From contig JAQTUD010000004.1 in the NCBI GenBank assembly GCA_028710405.1, forward strand, positions 1-34,173: a stretch of DNA of 34,173 nt, in the 5' to 3' direction. Source of the DNA: Candidatus Omnitrophota bacterium. Its GTDB lineage: Bacteria; Omnitrophota; Gorgyraeia; Gygaellales; Profunditerraquicolaceae. The notes beneath the pieces were generated by a model. The model searched no databases. It worked only from the letters and a program-made list of their open reading frames with translations, and was not told where the DNA came from. Within the stretch, counting starts at the first letter, position 1; each line of letters opens with the position of its first letter. A program made the translations under genes and the position numbers. This document shows, piece after piece, positions 1 to 9,262 of this stretch.

Positions 1-593
1 TCGGCGGAGAGACCGCGCAGATGCCCGGGATGTACAGAGAGGGCGAATATGATTTGGCGGGTTTCTGCGTGGGGATAGTGGAGAAGCCTAAAATTATTGA
101 CGGCTCTGCTATTTGTGCCGGTGATGAGGTGATCGGTATTGAATCCAGCGGTATTCACTCTAATGGATATTCTCTGGTCAGAAAAGCACTCTCGCAAAAT
201 GAATTAAAGCGCATGGGTAGTGAGTTGCTTAAACCCACGCGAATTTATGTAAAGCCAGTCTTAAATATATTACGCGTGGCCAAGATAAACGGGATAGCCC
301 ATATTACCGGTGGGGCTTTCTACGATAAGATCGCGCGTATTCTACCGGCGGATATCAATGTCAGAATAAATAAAGGCTCCTGGCCGGTACCCCAGATCTT
401 TAGGCTTATCCAGAATAAGGGCGGCATAGAAGAGAGGGAGATGTATCATACCTTTAATATGGGTGTAGGGATGGTTCTTATGGCCCCGCAATCCTCTGCC
501 AAATCAATAATCGCAAAGTTAGCGGAATATAAATTGAAGTCCTGGGTTATTGGGGAAGTAGTAAAAGGAAATAAGCAGGTAGAGATTATCTAA
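1..593 (+). CDS. purM: Phosphoribosylformylglycinamidine cyclo-ligase (AIR synthetase), C-terminal part; 5' end cut by window edge
   Basis: Translation ...GFCVGIVEK...GIHSNGYSLVRK...ITGGAF matches the PurM C-terminal AIRS_C domain. The reading frame is open from position 3. Followed by purD/purE downstream. Confidence 0.8.
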   Translation, partial: GGETAQMPGMYREGEYDLAGFCVGIVEKPKIIDGSAICAGDEVIGIESSGIHSNGYSLVRKALSQNELKRMGSELLKPTRIYVKPVLNILRVAKINGIAHITGGAFYDKIARILPADINVRINKGSWPVPQIFRLIQNKGGIEEREMYHTFNMGVGMVLMAPQSSAKSIIAKLAEYKLKSWVIGEVVKGNKQVEII

Positions 594-605
594 GGGGGGT
601 GTAGG

Positions 606-1475
606 ATGAATATCGGATATATGATCGGGATAGCGGTAGTGGTATTATTTTTTATGGGGATTAAAGTTGTGCGGCCCACGCACCGTGGTTTAGTTGAAAG
701 GCTGGGAAAATACAACCGTTTTGCCAAGCTGGGATTTAACTGGATTATCCCGGGAATCGAAAATCTGTATCAGGTCAATGTCACCGAGCAGATGGTAGAT
801 GCCGAGCCGCAGGAGATCATCACCAACGATAATTTAAATGCCAGGGTGGACGCGCAGGTTTATTTTAAGGTCAAGGACGATGAGTCCAGTGTTAAAAGTT
901 GCCAGTATAATGTGAATAATTATCAGTGGCAGATAGTGAACTTGGCCAGGACTACCCTGAGGAATATTATCGGGACCCTTACCTTAAAATCCGCCAACAG
1001 CGAAAGAGGGAAAATCAATTCTGAGCTGCACAAGACGCTGATGGAAGAGACCTCAACCTGGGGTATAGAGATTGTCAGGACCGAGTTAAAAGAAATAGAC
1101 CCGCCAAAAGACGTTCAGGAGACGATGAACAAGGTTGTTAAGGCCGAGAATGAGAAGATCGCGGCAGTGGATTTTGCCACCGCTACCGAGACCACTGCCG
1201 ATGGGCAGAAGAGGGCGGAGATCAAGAAAGCCGAAGGCATAAAGCAGGCCAGGATTTTAGAGGCTGAAGGCGAGGCAGAGGCGATCAAGCTTGTCAATGA
1301 AGCCGCCGAAAAATTCTTCGTCGGTAACGCCCAGGTCTTAAGAAAACTTGAAGCCGTAGAGCACGCGCTAAGTAACAACGCCAAGATTGTCGTACCCGCG
1401 GGCACGGAATTAGTCAATGTCATCGGCGAAATGGCCGGTATATTGCCTTTAAAGAGAGAATCAAAGGAAAAGTAG
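606..1475 (+). CDS. SPFH/band-7 (stomatin/prohibitin-like) membrane protein
   Basis: N-terminal TM helix, then RPTHRGLVERLGKY...NARVDAQVYFKV typical of the SPFH domain. Coiled-coil Ala/Glu-rich C-terminus. RBS GGGGGTG upstream. Confidence 0.8.
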   Translation: MNIGYMIGIAVVVLFFMGIKVVRPTHRGLVERLGKYNRFAKLGFNWIIPGIENLYQVNVTEQMVDAEPQEIITNDNLNARVDAQVYFKVKDDESSVKSCQYNVNNYQWQIVNLARTTLRNIIGTLTLKSANSERGKINSELHKTLMEETSTWGIEIVRTELKEIDPPKDVQETMNKVVKAENEKIAAVDFATATETTADGQKRAEIKKAEGIKQARILEAEGEAEAIKLVNEAAEKFFVGNAQVLRKLEAVEHALSNNAKIVVPAGTELVNVIGEMAGILPLKRESKEK

Positions 1476-1499
1476 CTATAAAGTTTGCTCTTGAGACAT

Positions 1500-1695
1500 A
1501 GATTCATTTTATGGTTTTGTACTCCGGCGCTGAAAATTTTCGCCGTCTGCTTCGGTTTACGGTTTGCTTTCGCTCCTGCCTTACCTATCAAGATAAGGTT
1601 AGTCGGCTTCAGCAACCCGTAATCCCTCGCAGACAGGACGCATTATATGGGCCGAAAATTTTCTAATGCGCCTTCGCACTAAAACCATAAAATTT
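1500..1695. other. About 195-nt extended imperfect inverted repeat (long hairpin); candidate structured ncRNA (6S-like shape) or MITE-like element
   Basis: 1500-1549 (cattttatggttttgtactccggcgctgaaaattttcg..cgtctgc) is reverse-complementary to 1629-1695 (gcagacag..cgaaaattttc..aaaaccataaaat). Inner arms ggtttacgg/ccgtaatcc and cctta/taagg continue the stem to an apical loop near 1590. No ORF. Confidence 0.35.
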
Positions 1696-1808
1696 AGTAA
1701 TGGGTTTCTCGGAGGCCTCTCTCAAACACCCCGAGTCACCCGCAAAAAATTAAGTAGCTTACAGTAGCAGACACAGAAACGGTCCTAAGATTGTAAGGAG
1801 GCCGAAAG

Positions 1809-2555
1809 ATGAGAAAAATATTATTAATAATTTTTTTATTATTAATTTTTAGTTTTGTAAAATCCAAGGCAGAAGAAACATCCATTGGAACCGCAGGAAA
1901 TCAAATAGAGACTAATGTAGTTTTATTGCAAAATAAAATTAGCGCCTTAGAGCAGAAAATTAGCACAGTTGATAAAGAGTTGGATAGAGTTTTGCAAACC
2001 TCGCAACATATTTGGCAGAATATTTTAACTGCTGTACTTACTATAATGGTGGCGCTCTTAGGAGCTAATATATTTAACACATTCTTTTATACTAGAACTA
2101 AAATAAATAAGGCCGAAGGATCATTAAGAAATGAGATAGCGGAAAAGCTGAAACAAATAAAGGGCGAATTTCAAGATAATGTTGATAATAAATTTAATAA
2201 GCTCAAAGATGAATACGATATTAAGTTCGATGAGTTAGATGCGGACATATGCGATGCTATTGGTAGGAATTATGTACAGGACAACCAAGAAGTCGGAGCT
2301 ATGTGGTTTGCCAGGTGTGTTGATAAATATATGGATCCAAAGAGATACCCTAACTTAGATAAAAAGACTGACGACTGGATTAAGGTTCGTATGGAGTGGG
2401 TCGTTGATAATCTGAAGAAAGGTGATAAATTGGATGAACCAAGATTTATCGCGGAACTCCAGGAAATTATATCAAGAATAGATGAAAATAAATATAAAGA
2501 ACAAAAAGAAGAAATACAAAAAGCATTAAAAGAAAATATTAATAAAACAGTATAA
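1809..2555 (+). CDS. Hypothetical protein, N-terminal signal/TM, coiled-coil, second TM; strongly AT-rich gene
   Basis: 248-aa ORF with RBS AGGAGG 7 nt upstream. Hydrophobic N-terminus MRKILLIIFLLLIFSFV and an internal TM (LTAVLTIMVALLGANIF). GC estimated by eye to be far below the flanking genes. Confidence 0.6.
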   Translation: MRKILLIIFLLLIFSFVKSKAEETSIGTAGNQIETNVVLLQNKISALEQKISTVDKELDRVLQTSQHIWQNILTAVLTIMVALLGANIFNTFFYTRTKINKAEGSLRNEIAEKLKQIKGEFQDNVDNKFNKLKDEYDIKFDELDADICDAIGRNYVQDNQEVGAMWFARCVDKYMDPKRYPNLDKKTDDWIKVRMEWVVDNLKKGDKLDEPRFIAELQEIISRIDENKYKEQKEEIQKALKENINKTV

Positions 2556-2561
2556 ATCTTG

Positions 2562-2585
2562 AATTCCGGAATTCCGGGGACTTAA
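2562..2585. repeat. Nested perfect palindromes gaattccggaattccgg (2x GAATTCCGG)
   Basis: ccggaattccgg (12 bp) and gaattccggaattc (14 bp) are each self-complementary. Lies in the 58-bp gap between the two AT-rich ORFs. Confidence 0.5.
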
Positions 2586-2613
2586 TTTCTAAAAAACAAA
2601 AGGGGAATGATTA

Positions 2614-2979
2614 ATGAGGGGGATTATAATATTCTTTATATTTATAATCTTGAGCACAGTTAATTTTGCATATGCGGAAAGTCAAGCAGATAAATTAGAG
2701 TTGATCGACAAACAAGATAATCCCAATATTATATACAAATCTAATCAGTATCAACTCATTATTGATAAACTAAAAGAATACACTACAGCAACAAGCGAAG
2801 AAGAAATCACTGCTTTAATATTTAAGGTTTACAGTGATTTAGAAAATAAATCTCCGGGACTTACTATTTATGAAGTTGCCGAAGAGATTAAAAAAACAGC
2901 AGGAATTCTCTACGATCAAGATGGCGGGAAGAAGCAAGATATTAGAAATATGGCAGCATTTTATATGACAACAAAATAA
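2614..2979 (+). CDS. Hypothetical small secreted protein (signal peptide), AT-rich
   Basis: 121-aa ORF. N-terminal IIIFFIFIILSTVNFAYA signal-like segment. No recognisable domain. Confidence 0.55.
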   Translation: MRGIIIFFIFIILSTVNFAYAESQADKLELIDKQDNPNIIYKSNQYQLIIDKLKEYTTATSEEEITALIFKVYSDLENKSPGLTIYEVAEEIKKTAGILYDQDGGKKQDIRNMAAFYMTTK

Positions 2980-3201
2980 GGGTAATTTCGGGGACGCAGT
3001 ACTTAATTATAAATCTTAGCGGGTGGATTGGCTGGGATTTCGAGGGACGTGGAGACAAGGAGCGGGCAAGGTTCACCCTATAAATAGATTGCTGTGAGAG
3101 CGACGCAGCCGACCCGAGCGAAGCCCCGCCACGCTGGGGCGGGGCGAGCGTTCCCGAGAAACCCAGACAAGCCAGCCGCGAGCGTTGGAAAGGAGTTAAG
3201 T

Positions 3202-3660
3202 ATGAAGAAATTATTCGTATTATCGTTAATCGTTTTATTTCTTACTCCTGCGCTTTGGGCGCAAGGGGAAGAGGATTTTTCGACGCCACTAGCGGCATTC
3301 CAAACTTATATCCGCGCTTGTCAGAGTCATGATTTTGATGCCGTAGACAATTGTTTCACCAAAGAGTTCAACAGGTTTAAAAAATCCAACAAGGAATATA
3401 TGAAACACCGCAACATGGGGCAATTGGATAATGAGCTAAGTTGCGTCTTGAATAAGGAGATCCAGGTTGACCTGCACAGCAGAAAAGCGATCATCTATCT
3501 CTACCCGGAAGATAGAAAAACGTCCCCTTATTTTATGACCAAAGAAGGCGGCCAATGGAAGATAGACGGAATGTTCATGTGGAATAACATAATTTTCGAT
3601 CAAAAAGACGAGTGGCATTGGGGCAACGGGAACAAGGAAAAGGCGTTTTTGAACAGCTGA
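3202..3660 (+). CDS. Hypothetical secreted protein; start moved to the internal ATG after the RBS
   Basis: AGGAG at 3191-3195, then ATG 3202 and signal peptide MKKLFVLSLIVLFLTPALWAQ. The longer ORF from 3094 would translate the GC-rich hairpin block (MRATQPTRAKPRHAGAGRA...) and is unlikely. Confidence 0.6.
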   Translation: MKKLFVLSLIVLFLTPALWAQGEEDFSTPLAAFQTYIRACQSHDFDAVDNCFTKEFNRFKKSNKEYMKHRNMGQLDNELSCVLNKEIQVDLHSRKAIIYLYPEDRKTSPYFMTKEGGQWKIDGMFMWNNIIFDQKDEWHWGNGNKEKAFLNS

Positions 3661-3663
3661 CAT

Positions 3664-4950
3664 ATGAGAGTTCTAGTTATCGGAAGCGGAGGACGGGAGC
3701 ATGCGCTGGTATGGTCGATAGCGCAGTCAAGGATGGTGGATAAGATCTTCTGCGCGCCGGGCAACGGCGGGATCTCTAAACTTGCGGAGTGCGTGGATAT
3801 CAAGGCCGATGATATAAAGAGGATATTGGATTTCGCCAGGAAAGAAAGAATAGACCTGACGGTAGTCGGCCCGGAAGTGCCTTTATCTGCCGGAATTTCT
3901 GATGAATTCATCAATCATAAAATAAAAGTATTCGGCCCCGGGAAAAAAGCCGCGCGCCTGGAGGCAAGCAAGGTTTTTGCCAAGGAGTTGATGGCAAAAT
4001 ATAATATTCCTACCGCAGCTTTCAAGATTTTTGATAACGCCGATTCCGCCAAGAAACATATTGAGAAGAACGGCGCCCCTTGCGTGGTCAAGGCCGATGG
4101 CCTGGCCCAGGGCAAGGGGGTAATTGTGGCCAAGACTATTGATGAGGCCAAAGATGCGGTAGATGCCATGATGCAGAAGAAGGTCTTTGGCGAGGCAGGA
4201 AGTAAGGTGATTATTGAAGAATGTCTAGTGGGGCAGGAGGCATCAATTTTAGTGATCACCGATTCTAAAGAAGTCATACCTTTGGCCTCGGCGCAAGACC
4301 ACAAGCGCATTTTTGATAATGACCAGGGCCCTAATACCGGCGGGATGGGGGCTTATTCTCCGGCGCCGATAGTAACCCCGAAACTCTTAGAAGAAATTTT
4401 AGATAAAGTTATTTATCGTGCCATAGACGGTTTGAACAAAGAAGGAATAGTTTATCGTGGTGTTTTATATGCCGGTATTATGCTAACCAAAGATGGCCCG
4501 AAGACCCTGGAATTCAACGTGCGTTTCGGAGATCCGGAGACGCAGGCGATACTGCCGCGGATGCGTTCAGACTTATTGGAGACAATGCTTGCGGTAAGCG
4601 AAGATAAGCTTAGCAAGGTAGCGAAATTAGGTGGGCTTAGCTGGGATAGCAGGCCTTGCGTGTGCGTGGTCTGCGCTGCCGGAGGGTATCCCGGAGATTA
4701 CCAAAAGGGCCAAGAGATTTTTGGCCTGCAAGAATTAGAGAATAACAAGGAAGCAGTGGTATTCCACGCCGGCACAAAAAAATCCGACGGTAAATATTTT
4801 ACCAATGGAGGCAGGGTGCTGGGGGTTACCGGTTTAGGCAATAATATTAGAGAGGCGATTGATAAGACATATCAGGCGGTAGATAAAATTCATTTTGAAG
4901 GGATGCATTATCGCAAGGATATCGGCAGAAGGGCGATATCCGAGGATTAG
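3664..4950 (+). CDS. purD: Phosphoribosylamine--glycine ligase (GAR synthetase)
   Basis: MRVLVIGSGGREHALVWSIAQS N-terminus and ATP-grasp region. Full length 428 aa. Confidence 0.9.
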   Translation: MRVLVIGSGGREHALVWSIAQSRMVDKIFCAPGNGGISKLAECVDIKADDIKRILDFARKERIDLTVVGPEVPLSAGISDEFINHKIKVFGPGKKAARLEASKVFAKELMAKYNIPTAAFKIFDNADSAKKHIEKNGAPCVVKADGLAQGKGVIVAKTIDEAKDAVDAMMQKKVFGEAGSKVIIEECLVGQEASILVITDSKEVIPLASAQDHKRIFDNDQGPNTGGMGAYSPAPIVTPKLLEEILDKVIYRAIDGLNKEGIVYRGVLYAGIMLTKDGPKTLEFNVRFGDPETQAILPRMRSDLLETMLAVSEDKLSKVAKLGGLSWDSRPCVCVVCAAGGYPGDYQKGQEIFGLQELENNKEAVVFHAGTKKSDGKYFTNGGRVLGVTGLGNNIREAIDKTYQAVDKIHFEGMHYRKDIGRRAISED

Positions 4951-4959
4951 GGAGGGGTT

Positions 4960-5439
4960 ATGGCAAAGGCGATCAGTATTATTATGGGAAGTAATTCGGA
5001 TCTGGAGATAGTGCAGGAATCTATCAATGTGCTCAAGGATTTCGGAGTAAGTTTTGAGGCCAAAGTCCTCTCCGCGCACAGGACCCCTAAAGAATTAGCC
5101 CAATACGTGGAGGCAGCCCCCAAGAGGGGGGTAAAAGTTTTTATCGCCGCTGCCGGCGGCTCGGCCGCCCTGGCAGGAGTAGTGGCCGCGCATACTACTT
5201 TACCGGTTATCGGTATTCCTATTGAAACTAAGAGTCTAAAGGGACTGGATTCCTTATTGTCCACGGTGCAGATGCCCGCGGGAGTGCCGGTAGCGTCTAT
5301 GGCCATAGGCAAGGCTGGCGCCAAGAACGCGGCCCTATTTGCCTTAGCGATATTAGGGATCACGGAAAAAAAGATCAACCTGAAATTACTAAAGTATAGG
5401 AAAGAATCTGCGGCGAAGATAAAGAGAATCAGATTATAA
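4960..5439 (+). CDS. purE: N5-carboxyaminoimidazole ribonucleotide mutase
   Basis: IIMGSNSD...[28 protein letters not shown] matches the PurE signature. 159 aa. Confidence 0.9.
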   Translation: MAKAISIIMGSNSDLEIVQESINVLKDFGVSFEAKVLSAHRTPKELAQYVEAAPKRGVKVFIAAAGGSAALAGVVAAHTTLPVIGIPIETKSLKGLDSLLSTVQMPAGVPVASMAIGKAGAKNAALFALAILGITEKKINLKLLKYRKESAAKIKRIRL

Positions 5440-5442
5440 AGA

Positions 5443-5521
5443 TAAAGACAGCGGAAACACTTTCCTGCATATTCGTTTTAGCATCCCACGGAAAGCGTTT
5501 CCTCTAAGCTGGTTACGGAAA
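5443..5521. promoter_or_regulatory. Two 13-bp palindromes GGAAA-N3-TTTCC plus a half-site, upstream of the tsaC operon (candidate operator)
   Basis: ggaaacactttcc (5443-5455), ggaaagcgtttcc (5480-5492), cggaaac half-site (5515-5521). The same palindrome recurs at 16692-16727. Confidence 0.4.
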
Positions 5522-5535
5522 CAATTGAGTTGGTT

Positions 5536-6597
5536 ATGAGTACGACAAAGATTATTAAGATTGATCCGCTAAGCCCTAATCCGGAGGTCCTCCGGCTGGC
5601 AGCCGAGATTTTAGTTAAAGGCGGGTTGGTGATCATCCCTACTGAAACTGTCTATGGGGTAGCGGCGAATATGCAGGATAAAAAGGCGCTGGAGAGATTG
5701 TATGGAATAAAGCAGCGGCCTAAAGATAAACCTTTTTCTTTGCTTATAGACTGGAAACTGCGAATTGAAGAGTTCGCCATAAATATACCGGTGGCGGCTT
5801 ATAAACTGGTGGATAAATTCTGGCCCGGGCCGTTGACAGTGATACTAAAATCAAAAGATGGAGGTAAGGTGGGGCTGCGTATGCCGGATAATGAGGTTGC
5901 CCGCGGGATCATTCATCTGGCTGGGGTCCCCCTGGTTTGTCCGTCGGCGAATATCTCCGGTAAACCCGCTCCAACAGATTTCCAGCAGGCTATTCAAGGG
6001 CTGGAGGGGTTAGTGGATCTGGCTATAGACGCCGGCAACCCCAGGATACAAGTGGAGTCCACGGTCATAGACCTGACTACTGAACCGGTGCAAGTCTTAA
6101 GGGAGGGGGCGATTAAAAAAGAAGAGGTTGAGGCAGTGATTAATAAGAAGGTCGTGCTTTTTGTCTGCACGGGAAACTCCTGCCGCTCAGTAATAGCGGA
6201 AGCTTTACTAAAGAAGAAACTAAAAGAAAAGAACAGGAACGATGTGGAAGTCTTATCCGCCGGCACAATGTTAACCGGCGGCATGGGCGCTACTGAATCC
6301 ACGAAAGAAGTCCTGGCCAGGGAGGGGATAGATGTCTCCGGGCATCTCTCCCGGTCTATCAACGCGGGGATGATCAAGAAATCTGACCTTATCCTAGTAA
6401 TGGAGAAGGCGCATGAGAATAGGGTCCTGGAGATCGCCCCGGAAGTAAAAAATAGACTTTTCTTATTAAAGGAATTTGCTAAAATAAATGGGAATAACCT
6501 TGATATCGCCGATCCTATCGGCAAGCCTCTGGAATCTTACAGCCGGACCCTTGAGGTGATCAAAGAAGCAGTAGAGAAAGTGAGTGTACTGATATGA
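5536..6597 (+). CDS. tsaC: Fusion protein: L-threonylcarbamoyladenylate synthase (TsaC/YrdC/Sua5 domain) + low-molecular-weight protein phosphatase (Tyr/Arg, CX5R)
   Basis: N-terminal about 200 aa LAAEILVKGGLVIIPTETVYGVAANMQD...LRMPDNEVARGII is the YrdC fold. C-terminal about 150 aa VVLFVCTGNSCRSVIAEALL (CX5R P-loop) with a ...DIADPIG Asp-Pro general-acid motif is LMW-PTP. Start is ATG 5536 (a TTG at 5530 is also possible). Confidence 0.8.
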   Translation: MSTTKIIKIDPLSPNPEVLRLAAEILVKGGLVIIPTETVYGVAANMQDKKALERLYGIKQRPKDKPFSLLIDWKLRIEEFAINIPVAAYKLVDKFWPGPLTVILKSKDGGKVGLRMPDNEVARGIIHLAGVPLVCPSANISGKPAPTDFQQAIQGLEGLVDLAIDAGNPRIQVESTVIDLTTEPVQVLREGAIKKEEVEAVINKKVVLFVCTGNSCRSVIAEALLKKKLKEKNRNDVEVLSAGTMLTGGMGATESTKEVLAREGIDVSGHLSRSINAGMIKKSDLILVMEKAHENRVLEIAPEVKNRLFLLKEFAKINGNNLDIADPIGKPLESYSRTLEVIKEAVEKVSVLI

Positions 6598-7055
6598 AAA
6601 AGATCGTTATTGCCTCTGACCACGGAGGTTTTGGCCTGAAAGAAAAATTAAAGCCCTACCTGGAAAATAAGGGTTTCCAGGTAAAAGACCTGGGTACGTA
6701 TTCCAAAGAAAGCTGCGACTATCCCTGTTACGCTTATTCTTTAGCCAAGGAAATATCACAGGGCCGGTATAAAATAGGTATTCTTATATGTAAAAGCGGT
6801 ATCGGGAATTCCATAGTAGCAAACAGGCTCCCCGGAGTGCGCGCCGCGCTCTGCTATAACATAAAAGCCGCCCGCCTTTCCCGTCGGCATAATGATAGTA
6901 ACGTTCTGCTCTTGGCTTCTCTTTTCAGCAATACATCTCAAGCAAAGAAGATCACCGCGGCCTGGCTGAACACTGAATTTGAAGGCGGCAGGCATTTAAG
7001 GCGTGTTAAACAGATCACGAAAATTGAAAAGGAAATCAAAAGATGGAAAGCCTAA
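6594..7055 (+). CDS. rpiB: Ribose-5-phosphate isomerase B
   Basis: [19 protein letters not shown]...[16 protein letters not shown] matches RpiB/LacAB. ATGA overlap with the upstream gene. Confidence 0.85.
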   Translation: MKKIVIASDHGGFGLKEKLKPYLENKGFQVKDLGTYSKESCDYPCYAYSLAKEISQGRYKIGILICKSGIGNSIVANRLPGVRAALCYNIKAARLSRRHNDSNVLLLASLFSNTSQAKKITAAWLNTEFEGGRHLRRVKQITKIEKEIKRWKA

Positions 7056-8299
7056 AACATTTAAAGAAGACAGACCCGGAAATTTACACGGCAATAAATG
7101 AAGAGATAAAAAGGCAGGAGGATAACCTGGAGTTGATCGCCTCGGAGAATTTCGCGTCTCTGGCGATCCTGGAGGCCCAGGGGTCGGTCCTGACCAATAA
7201 GTATGCCGAGGGGTACCCCGGCCATCGCTGGTACGGAGGATGCGAATACGTTGACCAGGCAGAGCAGTTGGCTATAGACCGGGCCAAGGAACTCTTTGGC
7301 GGGGATCATGTGAATGTCCAGCCGCACTCCGGAAGCCAGGCGAATATGGCGGTGTATTTTGCGGCGCTTAACCTCGGGGATACGGTCCTGGCAATGGACT
7401 TAGCTGCCGGCGGGCACCTCACCCACGGGCATCCGCATAATTTTTCTGGGATGTTTTACAAAATATTCGGTTATGGCGTGGATAGAAAGACAGAGGAGCT
7501 GGATTATGACAATATATTAGTCTTAGCCAAAAAACATAAGCCCAAGATGATCCTTGCCGGGGCCTCGGCATATCCGCGCAGGATAGATTTCAAGCAATTC
7601 CGTAAGATCTGCGATAAAGTCGGCGCTTATCTTTTTGTGGATATGGCCCATATAGCAGGACTGGTGGCTGCCGGGGTCCATCCCACGCCAGTGCCTTACG
7701 CGGAATTCGTGACCTCTACCACTCATAAAACTTTACGCGGGCCGCGCGGCGGATTTGTGATCTGCCGCAAGGAATTCGCCAAGAAAATAGATATGCAGAT
7801 CTTCCCCGGTATCCAGGGAGGGCCGCTGATGCATGTTATCGCGGCAAAAGCGGTAGCCTTTAAGGAAGCCGGTAGCGCCAAATTCCGGGAGTATCAGCGC
7901 CAGATCATCCGTAATTCCCGGGCTTTATCCGCGGGCCTGGCGCAAAAAGGGTTCCGTATTGTCTCCGGAGGGACAGACACGCATTTATTCCTGGTGGATC
8001 TCTGCGACAAGAGGATCACCGGTAAGGACGCCTCTTGGGCATTGGGAGAGGCCAGTATTACTGTAAACAAGAACCTCATACCTTTTGATAGAAAGAGCGC
8101 CTCGGTCACCAGCGGTATCCGTCTGGGGACAGCGGCAGTGACTACGCGCGGGATGAAGGAAGCGCAGATGCGCCAGATCGCTGTACTTATCAGCGCGGCG
8201 GTGGAAGCCAGCGACGACCCGCAGAAATTAAAAGAGATCAAGACAGAGGTCTTGAGCCTGGCCAAGAGATTTCCTTTGTACCCGGAGTTAAAAAGATGA
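7043..8299 (+). CDS. glyA: Serine hydroxymethyltransferase
   Basis: [11 protein letters not shown]...[20 protein letters not shown]...[14 protein letters not shown] signature. 418 aa. Confidence 0.95.
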   Translation: MESLKHLKKTDPEIYTAINEEIKRQEDNLELIASENFASLAILEAQGSVLTNKYAEGYPGHRWYGGCEYVDQAEQLAIDRAKELFGGDHVNVQPHSGSQANMAVYFAALNLGDTVLAMDLAAGGHLTHGHPHNFSGMFYKIFGYGVDRKTEELDYDNILVLAKKHKPKMILAGASAYPRRIDFKQFRKICDKVGAYLFVDMAHIAGLVAAGVHPTPVPYAEFVTSTTHKTLRGPRGGFVICRKEFAKKIDMQIFPGIQGGPLMHVIAAKAVAFKEAGSAKFREYQRQIIRNSRALSAGLAQKGFRIVSGGTDTHLFLVDLCDKRITGKDASWALGEASITVNKNLIPFDRKSASVTSGIRLGTAAVTTRGMKEAQMRQIAVLISAAVEASDDPQKLKEIKTEVLSLAKRFPLYPELKR

Positions 8300-8778
8300 A
8301 GAATAAAACACTGAAGAGCCGCGCCAGAATTTATAAACGTCCGTCTTGGGATGAGTATTTCTTACAGGTAGCCCAGCTTGTCTCTAAAAGGTCCACCTGC
8401 CTGCGCCGCCACGTAGGGGCAGTGGTAGTGCGCGATAAGAGAATTTTAGCTACCGGATATAACGGCGCTCCCTCGGGGTTAAGGCATTGTATTGAGATCG
8501 GCTGCCTACGTGATAAACTGGAAGTTCCATCCGGCCAGAGGCATGAACTCTGCCGAGCTTTACATGCCGAGCAGAACGCGCTTATCCAGGCCTCTTTGTA
8601 TGGGGTGGGATTAAAGGGGAGCACTCTTTATGCCACCAACCAACCTTGCGTTATCTGCGCCAAGATGCTGATTAACGCCGGGATCAGCGAGATAGTGGTC
8701 TGCGACGGTTATCCGGATAGGATGGCGATGGATTTCTTAAAAGAAGCCAAAATAAAAGTAAGAAGGTTAGCTAAATGA
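8296..8778 (+). CDS. dCMP (deoxycytidylate) deaminase, ComEB-like
   Basis: [11 protein letters not shown] ... [19 protein letters not shown] zinc-binding CDA motifs. ATGA coupling to glyA. Confidence 0.8.
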   Translation: MKNKTLKSRARIYKRPSWDEYFLQVAQLVSKRSTCLRRHVGAVVVRDKRILATGYNGAPSGLRHCIEIGCLRDKLEVPSGQRHELCRALHAEQNALIQASLYGVGLKGSTLYATNQPCVICAKMLINAGISEIVVCDGYPDRMAMDFLKEAKIKVRRLAK

Positions 8779-9248
8779 AATGCCCGCACTGCGGATATAA
8801 AGAAGATAAAGTGGTTGATTCCCGCGCTACCGCCGAAGAATCCGCGGTCAGGCGCCGCCGCGAGTGCCTGAAATGCGGTAAGCGTTTTACCACTTACGAA
8901 TACATTGAAGAAGTATCCATGATGGTGATAAAGAAAGATAACCGGCGCGAGCCCTTTGACCGTAAAAAGATCCTCGCCGGGGTGATGAAGGCCTGCGAAA
9001 AGAGGCCGATCAGCATGGAGAAGATGGAAGATATCGTGGTGCAGGTAGAGCGCTCGATCCAGAAGAAATCCGACCGGGAAGTATCCGGCGCGCGCATCGG
9101 AGAATTGGTAATGGAGAAGTTAAAGGCCTTAGATGATGTGGCTTACGTGAGGTTTGCCTCCGTTTACAGGCAATTCAAAGACGTCGGGCAATTTATGGTG
9201 GAATTAAAAGATATGTTGAATAAAGGTAAGCGTAAAGGGACCAGGTAA
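8775..9248 (+). CDS. nrdR: Transcriptional repressor NrdR (zinc ribbon + ATP-cone)
   Basis: [17 protein letters not shown]...[16 protein letters not shown] zinc ribbon, then an ATP-cone. ATGA coupling. Confidence 0.9.
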   Translation: MKCPHCGYKEDKVVDSRATAEESAVRRRRECLKCGKRFTTYEYIEEVSMMVIKKDNRREPFDRKKILAGVMKACEKRPISMEKMEDIVVQVERSIQKKSDREVSGARIGELVMEKLKALDDVAYVRFASVYRQFKDVGQFMVELKDMLNKGKRKGTR

Positions 9249-9262
9249 GGGAGAGCCGCCAG

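Noticed and set aside
1115-1615. 166-aa minus-strand ORF overlapping the SPFH gene
   Set aside because: Antisense to a well-supported gene, low-complexity Ala/Ser-rich translation, no RBS. Typical shadow ORF.
3094-3201. Long N-terminal extension of the 3202 gene (MRATQPTRAKPRHAGAGRA...)
   Set aside because: It would translate the GC-rich hairpin/repeat block. A good RBS plus signal peptide begin at 3202, so the extension was discarded.
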